From Candidatus Guanabacterium sedimentis (lineage in GTDB: Bacteria > Acidobacteriota > B3-B38 > Guanabaribacteriales > B3-B38): a stretch of DNA of 64,000 nt. The notes below the pieces were generated by a model. It was given only the letters and a program-made list of their open reading frames with translations. It was not told the origin of the DNA and did not search any database. The stretch covers positions 266 through 64,265 of the forward strand of contig CABWKN010000093.1 in NCBI GenBank assembly GCA_902505605.1. The letters are read 5' to 3'. The translations under genes were made by a program, and so were the position numbers. This document shows positions 20,199-27,698 of the stretch, one piece after another. Each line of letters begins with the position of its first letter. Position 1 is the first letter of the stretch.

Positions 20199-21298
20199 TA
20201 TTCCAGGCTTTCCTTAAGGGCTTTGATGAAGCGGAGGTTCTGCTGGTAGGTGCCGATGGTGACTCTCAACTCTTGGGGGAGGTTCCATTTCTTCAAAGGT
20301 CTGATTATTACGCCCTTCCGCAAGAGCTTCTCATAGAGCTTATAAGGGTCTTCTTGGAAAATAAGAAGAATGAAATTTCCCACTGAGGGGATAAATTTAA
20401 TCTTTAGTTTGTTGAGTTCTTCGGCGAGGAACTGGTAACCCTCTCGGTTTACTCTCTTTCCCTCGTTTATGAACTCGTGGTCGTCCAGGGCAGCCATAGC
20501 TCCCACCTGGGCTAAATGGCTGGTATTAAAAAGACATTTCACCTTGATAATGTATCGGATCAGTTCTTCATTAGCCATGGCATAACCTATACGCAGGCCG
20601 GCTAAGCCAAAGATTTTAGAGAAAGTCCTCAAAACGATAACCGGTCGCCCCTCTCTGACATATTTGAGGGAATCGGGATAGGACGGGTCTTCTATGTACT
20701 CGTAGTACGCTTCGTCAACAGCCACTACTATGTGTTCGGGAATAGAGTTTAAAAAACGGTCGAGCTGTTCACCGGTTACCATTTTTCCAGTAGGATTATT
20801 GGGATTGGCTATATAGATCAGCTTAGTATGAGGAGTTATGGCTTTTGCCATGGCAGGCAAATCGTAGGTGTAGTTTTTAAGGGGGACGGTGATGAGGTTC
20901 CCGTTTACTGCTTGCACTGCCAATCGGTATACTAAGAAGGTCTGGTCCGCAACGATAGCATAATCTTCTGGACCGAGGAAAGTACGGGCGATGTCCCCTA
21001 ATATATCAGTTGTTCCATTCCCTATGATGAGTTGGTCCATTGACAAATTCAGTATGGAAGCCAATTTTTGCCGAAGATAATACACCCCGTCATCGGGATA
21101 GAAATTTACTTCATTAATATGCTTGCTTATGGCTTCTACGGCCAAAGGGGAAGGTCCTAAAGGGTTCTCGTTGGATGCTAACTTGACTACATCTTTCAAT
21201 CCAAGCTCCCTTTCTACCTCTGAAAGGGGTTTGCCCGGAAGGTAAGGTATTACTTTTTTAATATGCTCAGGTACAAGCTCTCTTTTCATATTATCCAT
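20198..21298 (-). CDS. hisC: Histidinol-phosphate / aromatic amino acid aminotransferase
   Basis: KLASNENPLGPS, ANPNNPTG, DEAYYEY, RTFSKIFGLAGLRIGY; stop overlaps the cmk start (TAATG). Confidence 0.93.
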   Translation of the reverse strand: MDNMKRELVPEHIKKVIPYLPGKPLSEVERELGLKDVVKLASNENPLGPSPLAVEAISKHINEVNFYPDDGVYYLRQKLASILNLSMDQLIIGNGTTDILGDIARTFLGPEDYAIVADQTFLVYRLAVQAVNGNLITVPLKNYTYDLPAMAKAITPHTKLIYIANPNNPTGKMVTGEQLDRFLNSIPEHIVVAVDEAYYEYIEDPSYPDSLKYVREGRPVIVLRTFSKIFGLAGLRIGYAMANEELIRYIIKVKCLFNTSHLAQVGAMAALDDHEFINEGKRVNREGYQFLAEELNKLKIKFIPSVGNFILLIFQEDPYKLYEKLLRKGVIIRPLKKWNLPQELRVTIGTYQQNLRFIKALKESLE

Positions 21299-21386
21299 CC
21301 TTTATGGTGTAAGACTTTTTAATTTCTCCACGGCTTCTTGGATAGGGGACACAAAATTCAATATATTTCACAAGCACATAGAAAGA

Positions 21387-21400
21387 ATTGTTTAAACAAT
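21387..21400. promoter_or_regulatory. Perfect 14-bp palindrome, candidate transcription-factor site upstream of hisC
   Basis: ATTGTTTAAACAAT is its own reverse complement, about 90 nt upstream of hisC. Confidence 0.35.
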
Positions 21401-21757
21401 ACTGTTAAAGTTCCTTCTGAGTTCTCAAGATTGTTGTGGAGCAAATCCGTTTGACATTATTGCTCAAGCCACTCGTAATTGTAATTGTGGTTTTCAACTC
21501 CACCACAGCTCGGAGTGGTGCTACCGACAACTTTACTGTTGCGTCGGGATTTCTAAATCGCAAAGCAATGTAAATTTTTGCTACTCAGACTGTTGTAAAA
21601 TTCTATAATCAGTACATTATCCCTTCCTCTCCACTGTGGGCGAGGATGGCAGTCTTTCATTCTTGGTGTTTTGAACCTGTGATCAACCAGAAATGTTCGA
21701 CCTTCGTTTTTATTCCGAGGTCATGCGGTCCGATGCCGCATCCGAATTGATACCAGT

Positions 21758-23206
21758 TTAGTATTGAACGCCAAACTCCTTTTTGAAGGCTTCACCCAGC
21801 TTTGTTCCCCAATTATCTATAGGCTCTAACTTGCCAAAAAAGAACCTCAGTACTGGCGGCTCCTCAACAAATTTTAGTCCCTTAATGAGATCCCGGTGAC
21901 GGTACAGCCATTGTATCCTGTCGACCACATATTCAATGTGAGACATGGTATAAACCCTTCTGGGAACTGCGAGCCGGGCCAGTTCTAAATCTGAGTATAC
22001 CTCGTTCCCGTCTTTGTCTCGGTCCATGGAAATGGTGCCTCTCTCCATGCTCCTTACTCCGGAAACAATGTAAATGGCCGCAGCCAGAGCGCCGGCGGGA
22101 TATTGGGATTGTGGAATATGGGGCAAGAACATCATGGCATCGATGTGACAAGCCAACCCCCCCGGCGGGGTTACTACTGGAATTCCGTTTTCTATGACAC
22201 CTTCGACAAAATATTTAACCTGTTCTGGGACACTTCCGGCAACATTTATGTCCGTCATCTCCCTGAGCCCAACTGCCATAGCTTCTATCTCTTTGCTTGA
22301 CATCCCACCATAAGTAAGAAAGCCTTCGTAAACCGGAAGCCAGGGCTTTATCCTTTCATATAAATCTTCATTGTTGGTAGCGATAAATGCCCCTTTTACA
22401 CAACTGCTTTTCCTCGCACTCAGATAGAAAAGGTCAATAAAGCTCATGAATTCCTTGATTATCTCTTTGATTGTTTTATTCTTGTATCCTTCTTCTCTAA
22501 GCTTTATGAAATAGGCATTTTCGGGTACCAAGCTTCCATCTAATACCAATGGAATATTATGCTCTGAACATATTTGCTTCACCTGTTTCAAATTTTGCAT
22601 TGAAAAAGGTTGCCCACCGAGCAGATTGGTGGTGGCCTCCATCCTCACGAATGGTATTCTGCCCGTCCCATATTTTGTTATGGCATCCTTCAGCTTCTGG
22701 ATATTTAAATTACCCTTGAAGGGATGTTTACTCTGGGTGTTGAGGGCCTCATCTTCGTAAATTTCCAGGACCTGTCCACCGAAAAGCTCAATGTGCGCTT
22801 TGGTAGTGGTAAAATGATAGTTCATGGGGATGATGTCACCTGGCTTCTTGATGAAAACTTTGGCTAAAAGATGCTCAGCCGCTCTTCCCTGGTGTGTGGG
22901 CAAAACATAACGAAAGCCCAGCACATCTTCTATAGCCCGGGCTAACTTGTAGAAGCTTTCGCTACCAGCATAAGCATCATCGGAAACCATCATCGCTGCC
23001 AGTTGATTGTCGCTCATAGCATTGGTCCCGCTGTCAGTGAGCATATCAATGAATATGTCTTTGCTTTTTAGTGAGAAGGTGTTGTAACCACCTTCTTCTA
23101 TAGCCTTGAGCCTCTTTTCAACCGGCACTAAACTGGCTTTCTGCACAATCCTTACTTTGTGCATCTCTATGGGAATCTCTTTTCCTGTAGATAGCCTTAT
23201 GTTCAT
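21758..23206 (-). CDS. PLP-dependent beta-eliminating lyase (tryptophanase/tyrosine phenol-lyase family), TPL-like active site
   Basis: IDMLTDSGT, DDAYAGS, HQGRAAE, GGQPFS, YEGFLTYGG; FTTT, RSMERG and LRFF match TPL rather than TnaA. Confidence 0.9.
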   Translation of the reverse strand: MNIRLSTGKEIPIEMHKVRIVQKASLVPVEKRLKAIEEGGYNTFSLKSKDIFIDMLTDSGTNAMSDNQLAAMMVSDDAYAGSESFYKLARAIEDVLGFRYVLPTHQGRAAEHLLAKVFIKKPGDIIPMNYHFTTTKAHIELFGGQVLEIYEDEALNTQSKHPFKGNLNIQKLKDAITKYGTGRIPFVRMEATTNLLGGQPFSMQNLKQVKQICSEHNIPLVLDGSLVPENAYFIKLREEGYKNKTIKEIIKEFMSFIDLFYLSARKSSCVKGAFIATNNEDLYERIKPWLPVYEGFLTYGGMSSKEIEAMAVGLREMTDINVAGSVPEQVKYFVEGVIENGIPVVTPPGGLACHIDAMMFLPHIPQSQYPAGALAAAIYIVSGVRSMERGTISMDRDKDGNEVYSDLELARLAVPRRVYTMSHIEYVVDRIQWLYRHRDLIKGLKFVEEPPVLRFFFGKLEPIDNWGTKLGEAFKKEFGVQY

Positions 23207-23476
23207 ATCTACCTCCTCATTTTTGGATAATACTTGTGCTTATCATCCCCTGTTGTGCGATAACTAATACTACCATAAAATAGAGGAATATCAAGGGGAA
23301 AATCCCTATTTGAGTTAATAGCAACTTATTTGCCGACTTTCTTAAGTTGAAATAACAGTAACAGGCATTAAAGCATCAGACTTACTGCTTAAAATTACCT
23401 TTTTGCTTTTAAGTCCTTTACTGGTCAGTTAAACGAGGCTGATTTACAGCGGTAGATTTATTGGTAAACCTTAGGG

Positions 23477-24031
23477 CTATTTCTCCTCCTTTTTATCCTC
23501 AGAGGTGATAATTTGCTCAAATTCCTCTAAGGTGGGCAGCTCCGATAGGTTTTTTAAGCCAAAGTGGATGAGGAATTCCCGGCTGGTTCTGTAAATAAGG
23601 GGCCGTCCAACCACTTTCTTTCTTCCCTTTATTTTAATAAGTCGCTTTTCTAATAGAGTCTTTAAGACTCCGGTGGAATCCACTCCCCGGATGGCGGAGA
23701 TTTCGGGATTAGTTATGGGTTGTCGGTAAGCGATCATAGCCAGAGTCTCCAGAGCCGGCAGCGAGAGCTTTATTTTTGAAGAGAGGGCGAAGTGCTTTCT
23801 TATCCATCGGTCGTATTGAGGACGGGTAACTATCTGGTACCCACCGGCTACTTCCATAATGCTTACCCCACGGTTATCACTGTTGTAATCTGATATCAGC
23901 TCGTTGAGAGCCTCTTTTATTATCTTATCTCCTGCTTCATCAATAACTTTGACCATCTGCTCCATAGAGATAGGTTCGGAAGAAAGGCAGAGAAGGGCTT
24001 CAATTATGGCTTTAAGCTCCCTCTTTTCCAT
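23477..24031 (-). CDS. scpB: SMC-Scp complex subunit ScpB
   Basis: VAGGYQ, LSLPALETLAMIAYRQPIT, IRGV, GRPLIY, FLIHFGL. Confidence 0.96.
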   Translation of the reverse strand: MEKRELKAIIEALLCLSSEPISMEQMVKVIDEAGDKIIKEALNELISDYNSDNRGVSIMEVAGGYQIVTRPQYDRWIRKHFALSSKIKLSLPALETLAMIAYRQPITNPEISAIRGVDSTGVLKTLLEKRLIKIKGRKKVVGRPLIYRTSREFLIHFGLKNLSELPTLEEFEQIITSEDKKEEK

Positions 24032-24779
24032 TTCCTTTGGCTCCCTTCTTTGGAGAGGGGAGTATAAATATTTCTTTAAATTTTTTGGTTTGATATAAGC
24101 GAATAAGTTGCTGGCGAACCAGTTCCAGCAGGGCTAAAAAAGTGACAATAAGCTCCTCCCGTGATTTCAGCTCCCTGGCCAATTGAAAGAACTCCAATCT
24201 TTCTTCCTGATAAAGTCTCTCCATCATTTCTTCCATTTTATCCTCAACAGTGTAATGGTTTGGGCTCAGGTGGATGGGCTTCTCTTCTTTTCTGCTCTGC
24301 AGCACATTATAAAAAGCGGCAACTATGTCGAATACTGTCGCCTCAATGAGAATGTTCTCTTCCCCGGAGGGGATTTCGGAAGTGAGCTCAGCGCGACTCC
24401 ATAGAGAAGAGTGCTCCTTCTCTTTCTCCCTTAGCAATCGAGCGGCTTGTTGGAATTTTTGATGCTCCAGCAGCTGGGTGGTCAGCTCCGTTCGGAGATG
24501 GTCGAGTTCCTCCTTATCCACCTCCGGGATGGGCTGAGGGACGAGCATCTTTGATTTCATATAAATAAGGGTAGCGGCCATAAGGAGGAAATCGCTGGCG
24601 AAATCGAGGTTGAGCTCCTTCATCATATTAATATAGTTAAGATATTGCCGGGTAATAGAGGCTATGGGGATATTATAAATATCTATCTGCTCGGTGTGAA
24701 TGATATGAAGCAGGAGGTCTACTGGTCCCTCAAAGGCAGGCAGTTTTACTTTAAACTCTGACTCTACCTCTCGCTCCAT
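24012..24779 (-). CDS. scpA: Segregation and condensation protein ScpA
   Basis: FEGPVDLLLH, FLLMAATLIYMKSKML, VTFLALLEL. Confidence 0.95.
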   Translation of the reverse strand: MEREVESEFKVKLPAFEGPVDLLLHIIHTEQIDIYNIPIASITRQYLNYINMMKELNLDFASDFLLMAATLIYMKSKMLVPQPIPEVDKEELDHLRTELTTQLLEHQKFQQAARLLREKEKEHSSLWSRAELTSEIPSGEENILIEATVFDIVAAFYNVLQSRKEEKPIHLSPNHYTVEDKMEEMMERLYQEERLEFFQLARELKSREELIVTFLALLELVRQQLIRLYQTKKFKEIFILPSPKKGAKGNGKEGA

Positions 24780-25763
24780 TTAAATTCCCATCGCCACTTT
24801 TACCTCTGCCATGGTGGCTGTGGCTACTGTTCTGGCTTTATTTGCCCCTTTGGAAAGGACTTCATGAACAAGATCGGGCTTGGATAGATATTGTCTTCTT
24901 TTTTCCTGGTAGGGGGATAGGGCATCTGTTAACTGCCTGGCGAGGTACTCCTTGCAATCAGTACAGCCGATTAGCCCTTTCTGACAATCGCTCTCTATCT
25001 GTTTGACCTTGTCGTCAGGTGCGAAGAGCTTATGATAAGAGAAGAGATTGCACAGATGGGGTCTTCCAGAGTCGTTCCTTTTTATCCTTTGCGGGTCGGT
25101 AAACATCGACATTACTTTGCGATGTATCACCTCAGGCTCATCGGATATATTGATATAATTCTCATAGGTTTTGCTCATCTTTCTCCCATCCAGACCCAGC
25201 AGCTTGGGAGTTTTGGTCAGCAGAACCTCTGGCTCAGGGAAAATTGGCCGAAAAAAGTTGTTGAATCGTCTCACTATCTCGCGAGCTAACTCTACATGGG
25301 GAACCTGGTCCTCCCCTACCGGAACATAATTGGCTTTATAGATAATTATATCTGCAGTCTGGAGCAGAGGGTAGCCAAGAAATCCGTAAGTAGAAAGGTC
25401 TCTGTCAGCCAGCTCTCGCTGCTGCTCTTTATATGAGGGAACCCTCTCCAGCCAGGGAATAGGGACTATCATGGAGAGCAGAAGATGCAGCTCCGCATGA
25501 TCCGGGACATGGGATTGGATAAACAGGGTGCTCCTGCTGGGGTCTAACCCTATAGAGAGCCAGTCTACCGCCACCTCGAATATATAATCTTTGGTCTTTG
25601 AAGGGTCAGCATACTCAGTGGTCAGAGCGTGGTAGTCGACGATAGCGTAAAAACAATCATAATCATCCTGGAGCTTGACCCAGTTGAGCAATACCCCTAC
25701 CAGATGACCCAGGTGAGTTTTTCCTGTGGGACGCAGGCCGCTAAAAATACGCTTCTTATCCAT
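24780..25763 (-). CDS. trpS: Tryptophan--tRNA ligase
   Basis: SGLRPTGKTHLGH, YPLLQTADI, VPVGEDQ, KMSK; ATG 25763 preferred. Confidence 0.97.
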   Translation of the reverse strand: MDKKRIFSGLRPTGKTHLGHLVGVLLNWVKLQDDYDCFYAIVDYHALTTEYADPSKTKDYIFEVAVDWLSIGLDPSRSTLFIQSHVPDHAELHLLLSMIVPIPWLERVPSYKEQQRELADRDLSTYGFLGYPLLQTADIIIYKANYVPVGEDQVPHVELAREIVRRFNNFFRPIFPEPEVLLTKTPKLLGLDGRKMSKTYENYINISDEPEVIHRKVMSMFTDPQRIKRNDSGRPHLCNLFSYHKLFAPDDKVKQIESDCQKGLIGCTDCKEYLARQLTDALSPYQEKRRQYLSKPDLVHEVLSKGANKARTVATATMAEVKVAMGI

Positions 25764-25773
25764 CAGGCTACCC

Positions 25774-26406
25774 TCAGATAAGGAGGTTGACAATAAAGCT
25801 CACTATGGGGAAGATGATTAAGCCGAATATTCCGGCAAACATCAGTATATAAAGGATAAATATGCCGAAAGGGCTGAGCCGCTGATATTTCCTGGCTGCC
25901 TCATCGGAGAGCAATCCCATCAACACCCCGCTTCCATCAAGCGGAGGTATAGGTATCAGGTTGAAAACAGCCAATAGAACATTAAGCAGGACGCCGAAGT
26001 AAAGAAAGCGGAAGAAAGGGGTGAAGAGAGGGTTTCCTATGGGGAGGCTCATCCGTGAGATATGAAATACCAGAGAAAAACCGACTGCCATAATCAGATT
26101 GCTGACCGGTCCCGAGGCGGATATGTACATATAATCGCGCTTGGGGTCTTTTAGATTCAAAGGATTGACGGGCACCGGTTTTGCCCATCCAATAAGCGGC
26201 CATCCAGATATAGCCGCCAGGATAGGGAAGATAACTGTACCCAACAGGTCGATATGAACAATAGGATTAAGAGAGATCCTCCCCAGAAGGCGGGCGGTGG
26301 AATCCCCTTTCTTATAAGCCAGCCAGGCATGAGCGCTTTCGTGAACGGTCAGGGAGAGGAGGATTACGATATACATAATGATAAAGTCTGCTATGGAATA
26401 GCGCAT
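25774..26406 (-). CDS. Site-2 protease (M50) membrane metalloprotease
   Basis: HESAH (HExxH), GWAKPVPVNP, FNLIPIPPLDG. Confidence 0.94.
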   Translation of the reverse strand: MRYSIADFIIMYIVILLSLTVHESAHAWLAYKKGDSTARLLGRISLNPIVHIDLLGTVIFPILAAISGWPLIGWAKPVPVNPLNLKDPKRDYMYISASGPVSNLIMAVGFSLVFHISRMSLPIGNPLFTPFFRFLYFGVLLNVLLAVFNLIPIPPLDGSGVLMGLLSDEAARKYQRLSPFGIFILYILMFAGIFGLIIFPIVSFIVNLLI

Positions 26407-26423
26407 AATTTATCCCTCAATAA

Positions 26424-26464
26424 TTAGGATTTTTATCCTAACACACAGCCGACCTGCCTGTCAA
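26424..26464 (-). promoter_or_regulatory. Putative promoter of S2P-trpS-scpAB with an overlapping inverted repeat
   Basis: Minus strand TTGACA-N18-TAGGAT preceded by TG; TTAGGAT-N4-ATCCTAA inverted repeat at 26424-26441 covers the -10. Confidence 0.5.
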
Positions 26465-26478
26465 TAAGATGTTACTAC

Positions 26479-27134
26479 CCTCAAAATTGCCGATAGGATT
26501 TTGCGACACTCATTTTCTGTCCCTGGTGAGGGATTATTTCCCTGTTTTATGTTTTTAAAGAGCGCTTCACAGCCAGAAGAGCATGCAGGCCATGCCCACA
26601 GCTATCATAGAAGACACTTCCTGCTTCTGGCAGGGACACCCTCTTCTTTTTTTCTTTCTCTTAAGCTCCTCTCTCAGGTGAACTCAAGGCAGAAGTGTCG
26701 CATCATAAGATAGAGCTGGAATTTCTCCTCGGTAGTAGCCAGTTTTAATATCAGGCTTCCTCCGTGGCTGATGAGTTTACCGGGTATCTCTATCAACGCC
26801 CACCTCAGCCATCCTCCTCAGCCCTATCAGCTTCCTCAAGGCTTTATCCTCCGCTATCTCCCTCACATCCTCCACATGCCTGCCTCCCCCCTTAGAGCAT
26901 CAGCATCAAAGGCTCTATAAACTGCCAAGCACCATAGCCCCGGTTGGAGCAGGCAGCGGGGAGTAGTAATATTGTCTTGGCTCATTTTTAACTTGAGAGA
27001 TAACATCGTTTGCTTCATCATAGGGTAACCCCCTTTTTGGTGGGTTATACTCACTTTAAACCAGGAGGGGGTTATACACTTTTATGAACTCCTACATCTA
27101 TTTTTGGGTAGGGAAAAGAGCTTGTCAGTCGAGG
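26479..27134 (-). mobile_element. Internally deleted IS1380-family insertion sequence relic (ends approximate)
   Basis: Carries three transposase fragments (see pseudogene); both putative ends begin CCTC but I could not resolve a convincing terminal inverted repeat or target duplication. Confidence 0.6.
26674..27021 (-). pseudogene. IS1380-family transposase pseudogene
   Basis: Manual translation gives MMKQTMLSLKLKMSQDNIT; SNRGYGAWQFIEPLMLML* then a frameshift to GGRHVEDVREIAEDKALRKLIGLRRM; then LRWALIEIPGKLISHGGSLILKLATTEEKFQLY, resembling IS1380 N- and C-termini with the catalytic core deleted. Confidence 0.75.
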
Positions 27135-27136
27135 TT

Positions 27137-27697
27137 TTAAGGCTTTCTGCCGAGGTGTTTCCATAAGGAAATATGGCTATCGCCAGCCGCTAATACCTTA
27201 AAGGGAATAAATATATCCTCCGGCAGGGATAATTGATCTTTATAAAAATGTTCCATAGCAAGTAGAGCCCCTTCTCTGAAGAGTTCCAGAGAGGAGATAA
27301 CCTGTATGAGCGACGAATAGTCGAATTGGTAAGGTGGGTCAAAGAATAAAATATCGAACCTTATATTCTGGCGACTTAGACGCTTCAATCCAGCATAGTA
27401 ATTTTCCTGGATAATCCTATAGGCTAATTTTGCCTGCAGTAATTCTATATTCTGCCGGATGTTCTTTATCGCTCTGGCTTCCGATTCCAGGAAGACTACC
27501 TCTTTGGCTCCGCGGCTCAGGGCTTCGATGCCCACTCCTCCTGAGCCGGCAAAGCAGTCGAGGAAAACCGAGCCTCTAATCCAGGGAGAAATGGCATCAA
27601 ATAAGGCTTTTTTGAGCCTCTGGCTGGTGGGTCTGGTGGCAGTTCCTCGTAGGCTCTTGAGCTTAATCCCCTTGAAAGCTCCTGCGATTACCCTCAT
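27137..27697 (-). CDS. rsmD: 16S rRNA m2G966 methyltransferase
   Basis: MRVIAG, TRPTS, LDCFAGSGGVGIEALSRGA, FDPPY; follows recG. Confidence 0.94.
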   Translation of the reverse strand: MRVIAGAFKGIKLKSLRGTATRPTSQRLKKALFDAISPWIRGSVFLDCFAGSGGVGIEALSRGAKEVVFLESEARAIKNIRQNIELLQAKLAYRIIQENYYAGLKRLSRQNIRFDILFFDPPYQFDYSSLIQVISSLELFREGALLAMEHFYKDQLSLPEDIFIPFKVLAAGDSHISLWKHLGRKP

Positions 27698-27698
27698 T

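Noticed and set aside
21396..21608. Cys-rich open frame on the plus strand (about 70 codons, 10 Cys) as a metallothionein or RiPP precursor
   Set aside because: No ATG/GTG/TTG start in frame, no RBS, no modifying enzymes nearby, and opposite to the flanking genes
23207..23300. TnaC-like leader peptide upstream of the lyase
   Set aside because: Only a 9-codon ORF (MISTSIIQK) with no Trp or Tyr and no stalling motif
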